This document shows positions 39,190 through 51,090 of a DNA stretch of 64,000 nucleotides, piece after piece. The DNA is from Squalus acanthias. Lineage: Eukaryota. The position numbers were made by a program, and so were the translations under genes. The notes beneath the pieces are model-generated. The model worked only from the letters and a program-made list of their open reading frames with translations. It had not been told where the DNA came from and did no database searches. The stretch's first letter is position 1. Every line of letters begins with the position of its first letter. The stretch is taken from assembly GCA_030390025.1 (NCBI GenBank), contig CM059439.1, positions 83,266,001 through 83,330,000 of the forward strand, read 5' to 3'.

Positions 39190-39830
39190 CGCCCCTCCCT
39201 ATCTCTGTAATCTCCTTCAGCCCCACAACCCTCCGAGATATCTGCGCTCCTCTAATTCTGGCCTCTTGAGCATCCCTGATTATAATCGCTCCACCATTGG
39301 TGGCCGTGCCTTCTGTTGCCTAGGCCCTGAGCTCTGGAATTACCTAAGAACATAAGAAATAGGAGCAGGAATAGGCCCCTCGAGCCTGCTCCGCCATTCA
39401 ATTAGATCATGGCTGATCTGATCTTGGGCTCAAAGCCACTTCCCTGCCCGTTCCCCATAACCCTTCACTCCCTTATCTTGCAAAAATCTGTCTATCTCCA
39501 CCTTAAATGTATTTAATGACCCAGCCTCCACGGCGCTCTCGGGCAGAGAATTCCACAGATTTACGACCCTCTGAGAGAAGAAATTCCTCCTCATCTCAGT
39601 TCTAAAAGGGCGACCCTTTATTCTGAAACTATGCCCTCGCTTACCTCTCTTTCCTCCTTTAAGACGCTCCTTAAAACCTACCTCTTTGACCAAGCTTTTG
39701 GTCACCTGCCCAAATTTCTCCTTATGTGGCTCCTTCTCTAATTTTTTTTTTGTCTTTTAATACTCATGTGAAGCGCCTTGGGATGTTTTACTACGTTAAA
39801 GGCGCTATATAAATACAAGTTGTTGTATAA
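39190..39830 (+). mobile_element. L2 3' fragment interrupted by a minus-strand CR1 tail (39345-39637)
   Basis: Similarity to 27090-27330 and 27840-27940; CR1 tail sequence inside. Confidence 0.78.
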
Positions 39831-40499
39831 TGTTGAATTGAGTTGATGTGCATCACTAGCTACATCCTCAATGGTTTGTCCCCCGTGTGCGTGATGCATG
39901 TTACTTAAGGTATAATTTGTGACTATGACCCTATATTAAGGAGACCAGATGGATAGCGAACCATGCCAAACAGAGAAAGCAGCTGTGCGCATCCCAACAG
40001 AACAGCAGTATGACGATGCAGATGTTTAACCTGAAGATTGAAATTCATCGTTTGGGAGGGATTGATAGGATTTGCCCCAAAAAAGCAAAAGGTTAACTCA
40101 TAATCTTAAACATTACATCTATATAAAATACTGTATATCCCGTTGGTGGTGTCCCTTGTTGCAGTCACACCACTCAGAGCTGGTTAGAGTCAGTCTCTGA
40201 GCCAACATTTGATGCAGAATTCACTGCCGAGTGACATCATGAGTTGGAAGAGTGGGCTGAGGCCATCGTTCCCCAGGCATCAGGAGCAGAACTTCGTGAT
40301 GTTACAGATTAGGGAGTTCCGTACAAAATGTCTGTCCCCAGACACGGGATGCTGTGCAGCTGTGCAATGTAGTAATGAGAGATGACTAGCAGATACCAGT
40401 AAGTATACAGTTATCTCTTTAAAATGTGGAGAGATTATTGGTGGTATTCAGTTTAATAAAGATAGAATTTTCAACCTGAGTTCTGTGATTATTAACTGA

Positions 40500-40940
40500 T
40501 CCTTTCTTCATCCATTCTTGGGATGTGGCATCGCTGGCATGGTTGGCATTTACTGCCCATCCCTCATTGCCCTTGAGAAGGTTGTGTGATGAGTCTTCTT
40601 GAACCACTGCAGTCCGTGGTGAAGGTACTCCCACAATGCTGTTAGGGAGGGAGTTCTAGGATTTTGACCCAGTGACGATGAAGGAACGGCGATATCTTTT
40701 CAAGTCAGGATGGTGTGTGACTTGGAGGGCAACTCAGAGGTGGTGGTGTTCCCATGCGCCTGCTGCTCTTGTCCTTCTAGGTGGTGGAGGTCGTAGGCTT
40801 GGGACGTGCTGCCCAGTAAGCCTTGGCGAGTTGCTGCAACGCATCCTGTAGATGGTATACACGGTACGCCGGTGGTGGAGGGTGTGGACGTTTAGGTTGG
40901 TAAATGAAGTGCCGATCAAGCGGGCTGCTTTGTCCAGGGT
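40500..40940 (-). mobile_element. 3' fragment of the LINE family at 12699-15814
   Basis: Reverse complement of about 15365-15800. Confidence 0.82.
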
Positions 40941-41703
40941 CAGCTTTACAGCTGTGAATCCCAGCTCTCTCTCTCTTATGTTTTAACACTTCAATTTGAG
41001 TTCCACCAGGCACCATTGGGGTTCACATTAATGTTTAAAATTGTTCTTGCTTGAGCTACCAATGACGCGCAATTCGTCCAATTTTCATTTTACATTAGTT
41101 CAACGGGACCAGCAGCCAAACAAAAACAACTGCCCACACAGTTGCAAACCGCGACTTTCATTCCCAGCTGCCAGAACCCAGGACATCATGAGTTGGAAGA
41201 GTGGGCTGAGGCCATCATTCCCCGGTCATCATGTGATTGGAGCAGCACTTTGTGATGTCACAGAATAAGGAAGCTCCGTACAAAATGACTGTCCCCATAA
41301 TCTGCGGTGCAATGTAGTAATGAGAGATGGCTGGTAGACACCAGCAAGTGGAGAGATATCGCTCTTCAAAATGTGGAGGGATTATTGGGGTAAGTTTAAT
41401 AATAGGTGGAGGGGGTGGATGTCGAGCCAGGGACATACCGGGCTGTGGACAGCAGGTGGAAAACTCCTACACTGGCCTGCATGAGTGAGCTGACCGCTTG
41501 GCCCAGCACCAGCCAGAAACAATGGCAGCAACATCACTGCAGGCAACCCTCGAAGCTGCTGCCCTGGTGGTATTCCCTCCAGAGAACTTTGATAAGCCGC
41601 CTCTTATGATTGTTCTGTGCTTCTCATGGGGCACCTGGCAGCACTGTGGTCGTAGCAGGAGCGACAGCCAACCTCAGCTCTAAGGCACTTACCTGTGTTA
41701 GGT

Positions 41704-42110
41704 GTTAGCCTTGGCTCAGTGGGTAGCACTCTCACCTCTGAATCAGAAGGTCGTGGGTTCAAGTCCCACTCCAGAGACTTGAGTGCAAAATCCAGGCTGA
41801 TATTAAACCGAGGCCCCGTCTTCCCTCTCAGGTGAATGTAAAAGACCCCATGCCACTATTTCGAAGAAGAGCAGGGGAGTTCTCTCCGGTATCCTGACCA
41901 ATATTTATCCCTCAACCAACATCACTAAAAAGCAGATGATCTGGTCATTATCACATTGCTGTTTGTGGGACCTTGCTACGTGCTAATTGTCTGCCTGTTT
42001 CCTACATTGCAATACTTAAAACAAATAATACTTCATTGGCTGTAAAGCGCTTTGGGATGATGTCCTGTGGTCGTGAAAGGGTCTGTATAAATGCAAGCCT
42101 GTCTTTCTTT
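41704..42110 (+). mobile_element. DeuSINE (SacSINE1-like) with internal deletion
   Basis: Matches 585-1050. Confidence 0.75.
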
Positions 42111-43179
42111 CTGTAAAATTGTTCCTGTATGCAGCACATGACCGCTGTGCCCTCTTACATCGTCTCCGTCCTAAGCTGGTCTTGGGGACCGCGGTGTAAC
42201 CTTAGTGCTATTCAATGCAAACTCAGCCTGAGGCAGGGGCCCCCTTGGGTTTGCTCGAACAGGAACAGATGGCTTCAACCTGACAGCAGATTCTCAGCCC
42301 CATATCTTCCTGGGCTCAGGATGCGATTGATTGCCTGAACACTGGACCATTTTACATTAAGGAATGCAGGCAATGAAAGATGAAACATGCGTCTGTTGTG
42401 GGTTGCGCTCCTAAAATACAAAAGTTTCTGTCTGCGTCTCTCATCAGTGTTGGATTCAACTTAAATCTGTTTGTTTCATGAGATGGCGGATGGTTGAAGT
42501 CCCGACTTCACCTGTCAGCAGTTACCAGCGGGTACCTGTACAATCCTTCAGTATCCGCATAGATCACCATTGCCTTGAACATCCTTTTGTTTTTCTCTCG
42601 CTCTCTCTGATGGGGATTTTTTTTTTCTTTTCTTAAAATATTTCTGCATAGCTCAGTGATGAAAGGTGCTGTTGATAATGTAGGAACCGGCTGGGAGCAG
42701 TTACTGAGACTGATAATGCGAGACAGCTGAATTAACATCAGTGCAGAATCATTGACACAGAGATGTCACTATTCGTGGTGTGTGTGTGTTTGAATTCAGC
42801 TCCTTCACATATATGGGCTCAGCAGATCTTCCAGTTAGTATTGCGCTCGCCAACAAAATATGTAAAAAAAAAAACCCGACAGAAATAGACAAAGATCCAA
42901 ATCATAATTCTTTCCAGCCATTTAGTTTTTGAGAGGGGATCTGACAGATGCCCTGACCCCTGGTAAACTATAAAATTGCACAGTCCTTAATTCCCGTCAG
43001 GGAAATTCCTGATCTCAGTCATGTTGTGAGGCAGAAGCCCTGCTTGGAGGCCGGATGCCCTGCAATAATGGAGGGAGGGAAAATCGCCTGACAACTAATG
43101 CCAGGTTGTTTCTTCAGCTGGAGTAGAGTAGCTGTCATGAGGTGATGTTAAACACCTCCAAGATTGGAGAGAGGAATTT

Positions 43180-43843
43180 TATTTTTTATTCGTATATGGG
43201 ATGTGGGCGTCGCTGGCGAGGCCAGCATTTATTGCCAATCCCTAATTGCCCTCGAGAAGGTGGTGGTGAGCCGCCTTCTTGAACCGCTGCAGTCCATGTG
43301 GTGAAGGTACTCCCACAGTGCTGTTAGGGAGGGAGTTCCAGGATTTTGACCCAGTGGCGATGAAGGATCGGCGATATACTTATAAGTCAGGATGGTGTGT
43401 GACTTGGAGGGGAACTTGGAGGTGGTGGTGTTCCCATGCGCCTGCTGCCATTGTCCTTCTAGGTGGTAGAGGTCGCAGGTTTGGGAGGTGCTGTCACAGA
43501 AGTCTTGGCGAGTTGCTGCAGTGCATCTTGTAGATGGTACACACTGCAGTCACAGTGGTGGAGGGAGTGAATGTTTAAGGTGGTGGATTGGGTGACAATC
43601 AAGTGGGCTGCTTGAGTGTTTTTTGAGCTGCATTCATCCAGGCAAGTGGAGAGTATTCCATCACACTCCTGACTTGTGCCTTGTAGATGGTGGAAAGGCT
43701 TTGGGGAGTCAGGAGGTGAGTCACTCGTCGCAGAATACCCAGCCTATGACCTGCTCTTGTAGCCACAGTATTAAGTGGCTGGTCCAGTTAAGTTTCTGAT
43801 CAGTGGTGACCCCCGGGATGTTGATGGTGGGGGATTTGGTGAT
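43180..43843 (-). mobile_element. 3' fragment of the LINE family at 12699-15814
   Basis: Reverse complement of about 15112-15800. Confidence 0.85.
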
Positions 43844-43845
43844 GA

Positions 43846-43918
43846 GCCCGTACAGCTCAGTTGGTAGAGCATCAGACTTTTAATCTGAGGGTCCAGGGTT
43901 CAAGTCCCTGTTCGGGTG
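43846..43918 (+). tRNA. tRNA-Lys(UUU), variant or pseudogene
   Basis: 73-nt cloverleaf, anticodon TTT, four differences from the canonical vertebrate tRNA-Lys-TTT as I recall it (positions 6, 8, 17, 72); TTTT at 43923-43926. Confidence 0.88.
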
Positions 43919-44079
43919 TTGCTTTTATCAATGAAGACAACACATAATTTACACTTGAAAGCAGTGACATTAGAAAATACCCTATCAGAAGAATCAGGTT
44001 TGCTTGCAAATTTTAAAAATTTATTAAAATATTAGAATTATATTTGAAAAATCAGGTGTTGTGACAGATATTCAACACA

Positions 44080-45150
44080 TATCCAAAAGTCTTCTCTAGG
44101 CATATAAATAGTAAATGGGTAGTAAGAGGAGGGGTGGGGCTGATTAGGGACCAAAAAGGAGACTTACACATGGAGGCAGAGGGCATAGCTGAGGTATTAA
44201 ATGAGTACTTTGCATCTCTCTTTACCAAGGAAGAAGATGCTGCCAAAGTCATAGTGAAAGAGGAGGTAGTTGAGATAGTGGATGGGATAAAAATTGATCA
44301 AGAGGAGGTACTAGAAAGGCTGGCTGTACTTAAAGTAGATAAGTCTCCAGGACCGGATGGGATGCTTCCTAGGATTCTGAGGGAAGTAGAGGTGGAAATT
44401 GCAGAGGTACTGGGCATAATCTTCCAATCCTCCTTGGATATGGGGGGTGGTGCCAGAGGACTGGAGAATTGCAAATGTTACACCCTTGTTCAAAAAAGGG
44501 TGTAAGGATAAATCCAGCAACCATAGGCCAGTCAGGTGCACCGGTGGTGGAGGGAGTGAATGTTTAAGGTACTTGGAAGTATTAGTGAACAGTGAGGAGG
44601 ATAGTGATAGACTTAAAGAGGACATAGACAGGCTGGTGGAATGGGCGGACAGGTGGCAGATGAAATTTAACGCAGAAAAGTGGGAAGTGATACATTTTGG
44701 TAGGAAGAATGAGGAGAGGCAATATAAACTAAAGGGCAGAATTCTAAAGGGGTGTATGAACAGAGAGACCTGGGGGTATATGTGCTCAAATAGTTGAAGG
44801 TGGCAGGGCAGGTTGAGAAAACGGTTAAAAAAGCATACGGGATCCTGGGCTTCATAAATAGAGGCATGGAGTACAAAAGCAAGGAAGTTATTATGAACCT
44901 TTATAAAACACTGGTCCGACCTCAACTGGAGTATTGTGTCCAATTCTGGGCACCGCATTTTAGGAAGGATGTGAAGGCCTTGGAGAGGGTGCAGAAAAGA
45001 TTTACAAGAATGGTTCCAGGGATGAGAGACTTCAGTTACGTGGACAGACTGGAGAAGCTGGGGTTGTTCTCCTCAGAGCAGAGAGGGGATTTGATAGAGG
45101 TGTTCAAAATCATGAGGGGTCTCGACAGAGTAGATCGAGAGAAACTGTAC
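44080..45150 (+). mobile_element. CR1 fragment with the RT core deleted
   Basis: KSPGPDG...NHRPV jumps to near the TKLG motif; RPQLEYCVQFW follows. Confidence 0.85.
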
Positions 45151-46349
45151 ATGGAGGTAGTCCCCATATCAACTGGGTGATGCCATGCACCAGCTGAACC
45201 CGGATTACATATCCAGAACCTATCTATTTAAAACAAAAAGTCAGGAAAAAGAAATGACCATTCAGCTCAGCGCTCTGATTCATGAACTCTCCTATTACAA
45301 TGTCAAATTGCATTTTGAATAACCCCTGTATTTCTGGCTCTGTAAGTAGGAACAGAAGAGATTAAGGCATCAAAGAAACAGTGTGAGCTGTTGGACAGAG
45401 ATGTAGAATTATCACACTGATGCGCATGCCAACAAAATAATAATTAAAAATAAAAAAAACTTTTTTTGAGTAAGGATCTTATTTGAAGAACGATGCACTT
45501 GGAAAATTGTTGCATCATTTATTAATTACAGTTTGTATTGCTCAGCATTTGCAGAGAACACTAGTCAATCTCATGTGGCATTGCATGTGGGGAGTCAAGA
45601 CCGAGTGTCGTCTTCAGGCAATGGAGGGAGTTATACGGCAGTGGAAAGTTGGACCAGGACAGGCAGATGTAATTCAGTCCCCATTTTAAAGTCATACAGT
45701 CTGTCCTTATTTTTATATTTCCATTATAAATTCCTTTGTCCAGCACCACCAATGGCAGGAGAGTGTAATTACAGCATCAAAAGTTTACATAGACACTTTC
45801 CGTTATAAAGGTGGACAAAGGAATTTATAGTGGACAGCGTTGGCAGGAAGTGCAAGCAATGTAACATGTTTAATGTAAGTAGATTGAGTGGTGATGTTGT
45901 GAGGCTCGAGTCCTGGTGTGGCGTCTCACGAGACAAGAGCACAGTCACAGAATCCGCGCTAGGGTGTTACTGCCCCATCTCTGACCCATGAGGTTCCACC
46001 CTGGGAGTGGAAAACTACCAGCTTTTATTGGTTTGGCTGATATCTGTTTCAGAATGACACATGTATTTGGAAAATCACCAGGGAAACGTGATGTACCAAA
46101 ATGTGCAGTTTTGCTTGGAATTAAATCAGAATTACTTTACACACAGCGCCCTCTGGTGATATTTGCTCTCAGATGAAATGGAAATCAGAGTGTCACAGAT
46201 AAATTGCATCAAATGATTTGAATTAAATGCTCGCTGTGAGTTTGAAGCCAACGTTCTGATAATTCAAGGGAGAACTAACAGATCCCCAAAAGCTCTCCAG
46301 CAGCTTGTTTTAAACACCAAGTCTTGCATCAACTCGCCTGCACAGCAAT

Positions 46350-46750
46350 AACAACAACTTGCATTTATATAGCGCCTTAAACGCAGTAAAATGTCCCAAG
46401 GCGCTTCACAGGAGCGTTATCAAACAAAATTTGACACTGAGCCACATAAGGAGATATTAGGACAGGTGACCAAAAGCTTGGTCAAAGAGGTAGTTTTTAA
46501 GGAGCGACTTAAAGGAGGAAAGAGAAGTGAAGAGGCAGAGAGGTTGAGGGAGGGAATACCAGAGCTTAGGGCCTTGGCAGCTGAAGGCACGGCCGCCAAT
46601 GGTGGGGCAAAAGAAATTGGGGAATGCAAAAGAGACCAGAATTGTTGGAGCGCAAAGATCTCGGAGGATTGTAGGGCTGGAGGAGGTTACAGAGATAAGG
46701 ATAGGGGAGGCCATGGAGGGATTTGATAACAAGGATGAGAATTTTAACAT
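46350..46750 (-). mobile_element. L2 3' fragment
   Basis: Reverse complement of the 27050-27330 and 27840-27940 segments. Confidence 0.8.
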
Positions 46751-47529
46751 TGACGCACAGTAGAATACGTTTCAAAGGTACTTGGGCTCAACCAGTGGTT
46801 CAGTTTGTGAATACACATTGTGGGATTGAGCCACACAGAGCAGGAAGGCACCAGGTGCTCTCTCAGATGGGGAGCTTCAATTGACCTCATCAGTCGGGGC
46901 CTCCGCTCCTGTTTGCTAAGCAGTAATCCCTGGTGATGCATTAAGGTGTATACATTACATCTTGATTTAAAGCATTTGCTTAAAATCAAGATGTAATATA
47001 TACACCTTACATTACAACAGTGACTACACTTCAAAAGGTATTTCATCGGCTGTTAAGCACCTTGGGACATCCTGAGGTCATGAACAAACGCTGTATAAAT
47101 GCAAGTTCATTCGCACACTGGTTGCAAACTGTTACAATGCATAAAGTGGCTCTGGTTCACTGTTAACTTTAGGGAAGATGAGTATGCTAACATTTGTAAG
47201 CATCTTTTCTTCTCCCCAAGCCTTCCTTTCCTGGAGCTCATACTCATCCTGAGAAACGGGTTCTACGTGTACTGAGAGCCCTTTGGCAGCAAGTGGCCAT
47301 TCATCGAGAGGAGAAGTCCACACAGAGGGTTTAATGTTCCGAGATCGCATGACACAGGCGGGAATTGGAAGATCATGGGTGCACAGGCCTCACTGTTCCA
47401 ACCAATGGACGGGAAAGTGTGGGCAGTCCAACTGTTGCTATGAGGCCATGCCAGTCACCTCTAAAGGTATTGGGTCTTGGAAAAATTTGCCCATTGAGAG
47501 ATCCCAGGCTATTTAGTTACTGCAGGTTA

Positions 47530-47805
47530 GAACATGGAAACATAGGAGCAGGAGTAGGCCCTTCGAGCCTGCTCCGCCATTCAATATGATCATGGCTGAT
47601 CCTCTATCTCAATACCATATTCCCGCTCTCTCCCCAAACCCCTTGATGCCTTTTGTATCTAGAAATCTATCTATCTCCTTAAATATATTCAGTGACTTGG
47701 CCTCCACAGCCTTCTGTGGTAGAGAATTCCACAGGTTCACCACCCTCTGAGTGAAGAAATTTCTCCTCATCTCAGTCCTAAATGTCCTACCCCTTATCCT
47801 GAGAC
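47530..47805 (-). mobile_element. CR1 3' fragment
   Basis: Matches 1880-2165. Confidence 0.8.
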
Positions 47806-48145
47806 ATTCAAGAACAGTCCTGTTTTCACCTGACGTCTGCTTGTGTAGCTGTCAAGAGCAAGGCTTTGGGTGACTTTTCTTCTTTGTAGCCTGGGATACG
47901 GAGGCCAGTTGTAGTCCCTTTCACCACTTTCCACAGTTCAAATTAGCGCTCTCGGCACAGTTCAGGGGTTGTACCGGGAATCCCCCTGGTCTGTGGGACT
48001 CGGTCTATACCATGCAATGTATTTACCCACACAATCATGGCAGATTTGCATGATCATGATTTTCTTATTCGAACTGTGAATTTTGTGTTCATCAAGGTGT
48101 GAGATCTTTACGCTGTAGTTTGAGACACTTTCCATTTCCATGGTC

Positions 48146-48574
48146 GCACAACACCAGGTTATAGTCCAACAGTTTTATTTGAAATCACAAGCTTTCGGAG
48201 TGCTGCTGGAAAACAACAGCAGGTCCGGCCAGCAAAAAAAGTTTTTTGTTTTCCATACAGACCCCAGCATTTGCCACATTGTCTTTGATGTAATGTTTTG
48301 CTGACTGACCTGTTTGGACACCATCCACACCTTTGATTGCCGTGATTATCTCTCTGCCGAGGTGTGATAAAGGGCAGTTGGAAAGATTAACTGTAATCAT
48401 CTGGCAGTGTTCTCTGACTATATATGCTGTGCCTATATGTATCTCTTCACTTCACCTGATGAAGGAGCGGAGCTCCGAAAGCTTGTGATTTCAAATAAAA
48501 CTGTTGGACTATAACCTGGTGTTGTGCGACTTCTCACTTTTGTCCACCCCAGTCCAACACCGGCATCTCCACAT
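48146..48574 (+). mobile_element. Short Penelope-type insertion with inverted partial terminal repeat, hammerhead motif and 13-bp TSD
   Basis: CATTTCCATGGTC at 48133-48145 and 48575-48587; 48143-48200 is the exact reverse complement of 48473-48530. Confidence 0.8.
48452..48488 (+). ncRNA. Minimal type I hammerhead motif, second sequence family
   Basis: TCAC-CTGATGA-A-GGAGC-GGA-GCTCC-GAAAG-CTT-GTGA; palindromic AAGCTT stem III. Confidence 0.75.
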
Positions 48575-49083
48575 CATTTCCATGGTCACTGAGTGCGGTG
48601 AGATAGAAAAGGGATTTATGCATGGAGATTTTATTCTCTTAAATGTTTTATTCTTTTATCGGTTATTTGTATAAGTTGTCTCGACTGGGTATATCGTATG
48701 CAGTAGAAAACACAATTATTTTCCAGCATGGAGTCTGGGGCCTCCTCTGTTTCTGATAGGTGCAATGTTCTCGGCCCATTCCGACTCAAGTTTGCGATCG
48801 AAATACGGTACACTCGCACCTTAGCAACAATCCTTGGTGTCTCTTGGAAAAAGAAGCAGGGGCAGCAGGGTATGTCCTTAATCATGAGGGTCATTTAGAT
48901 CTTCCTAAGCTTCATGCAGTGCTGGCCCAGCTGTCTTTTTCTCTGTGTCGGGGAAAAGGCACAGGTGTATCTGCTCTGACCATACTACAACTCCTGGGTG
49001 GTAACATCCATCCAGCAACAGTGTGAATGTATGGGACAAAGGAACTTCCAATTATAGTCTGGACAAAAACAGACACTTGTGGA

Positions 49084-49622
49084 GGGGGCGAATTTTAACA
49101 TGGGTGGGAGTGGGTGCGGGTGGGGAGGTTAAATGGGCAAATATTGCAAGCGTGCCAGGAAGCCAGCTCCAACCTGCCAACTTCTGGCTTTTACTCAGGC
49201 AGGATAAGGAGCCGGCAGCCAATCCACTCCCAGGAGGCGGATTTAACCTGCTTTGTAGGTTTTACTGCGGCCGGTCGGGTTTCCCGGTCTTCGGGAATCG
49301 CGGCAGGTGCAGGGAGCACTCCTGCTCCTCCCGGCCCCCCAAGCTCCCCCGCCATCAAACCCCCCATACAACTCCCCGCCCCAAACTGGGATCAGACCCG
49401 CACCCCAGGATCGGGGATCGGACCTACCTGGTCCTACGGCCTCCTGTGGAGTGCTCCTTGCCCGACTAGAAGCCAAGCCTGTGAATCAGGCTGACTTCTG
49501 GGCGGGGAACCTGCCACTGACAGAAGACGTACGCTGTGGAGTTAAATCTCCACAGCATGCGGGGAACCCCAGACTACTAGACACGCCCGCTCCCAGCGCG
49601 TCGGGAAGTAAAAATTGCCCCC
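49084..49622. mobile_element. GC-rich non-autonomous DNA transposon (Harbinger-like termini)
   Basis: GGGGGCGAATTTT ... AAAATTGCCCCC inverted termini; no clear TSD. Confidence 0.55.
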
Positions 49623-49689
49623 GTGTCGTCTATCCCGAAAGCACCGTTCTTGTTTCCTAAATCATACTTCACAGGTTGTCGGTCAGCAG

Positions 49690-51090
49690 GTCTGGATAAT
49701 TATAGACCGGTAAGCCTGACATCGGTAGTGGGGAAAATGCTAGAGTCCATTAAAAAAGATGTAATAGCAGAGCACTTGGAAAACAGTGACAGGATCAGAC
49801 AAAGTCAACATGGATTTACAAAAGGTAAATCATGCTTGACTAATCTACTGGAATTTTTTGAGGATGTAACTGGTAGAATAGATAAGGGAGAACCAGTGGA
49901 TGTGGTGTATTTGGACTTTCAGAAGGCTTTCGATAAGGTCCCGCATAAGAGATTAGCGTGCAAAGTTAAAGCACATGGGATTGGGGGTAAGGTACTGACT
50001 TGGATAGAGAACTGGTTGGCAGACAGGAAGCAAAGAGTTGGAATAAACGGGTCTTTTTCCGAGTGGCAGGCAGTGACTAGTGGGATACCGCAGGGATCGG
50101 TGCTAGGACCCCAATTATTCACAATATATATTAATGATCTAGACGAGGGAACTAGATGTAATATCTCCAAGTTTGCAGACGACACAAAGCTGGGTGGGCG
50201 TGTGTGCTGTGAGGAGGATGCAGAGAAACTCCAGTATGATTTGGACAGGTTGGGTGATTGGGCAGATGCAGTATAATGTGGATAAATGCGAGGTTATCCA
50301 CTTTGGTGGCAAAAACAGGAAGGCAGATTATTATCTGAACGGCAATAGATTGGGAAAAGGGGAAGTGCAATGAGACCTGGGTGTCCTTGTGCACCAGTCG
50401 CTGAAGGTAAGCATGCAGGTGCAGCAGGCGGTTAAGAAGGCAAATGGTATGTTGGCCTTCATAGCGAGAGGTTTCGAGTACAGGAGCAAGAATGTCTTGC
50501 TGCAGTTGTACAGGGCCTTGGTGAGACCACACCTTGAGTATTGTGTGCAGTTTTGGTCGCCTTATCTGAGGAAGGATGTTCTTGCCATGGAGGGAGTGCA
50601 GCGAAGATTCACCAGACTGATACCTGGGATGGCAGGAATGACGTATGAAGAGAGATTGGGTCGATTAGGCTTATATTCGCTAGAGTTTAGAAGAATGAGA
50701 GGGGATCTCATTGAAACTTATAAAATTCTAACAGGACTAGACAGACTAGATGCAGGAAGCATGTTCCCGATGGCGAGGGAGTCCAGAACCAGGGGTCACA
50801 GTCTAAAGATAAGGGGTAAGCCATTTAGGACTGAGATGAGGAGGAATTTCTTCACCCAGAGAGCGGTGAACCTGTGGAATTCTCTACCACAGAAGGCAGT
50901 TGAGGCCAATTCATTAAATATATTCAAGAAGGAGTTAGATATATTTCTTAAGGCTAAAGGGATCAAGGGATATGGAGAGAAAGCAGGGACAGGGTACTGA
51001 ATTTGGATGATCAGTCATGATCCCATTAAATGGCGGAACAGGCTCGAGGGGCTGAATGGCCTACTCCTGCTCCTATCTTCTATGTTTTCT
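49690..51090 (+). mobile_element. CR1 LINE, RT to 3' tail
   Basis: ORFs 49623..50276 and 50389..51000 carry RT motifs; near-identical protein to the copy at 9903-12312. Confidence 0.93.
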
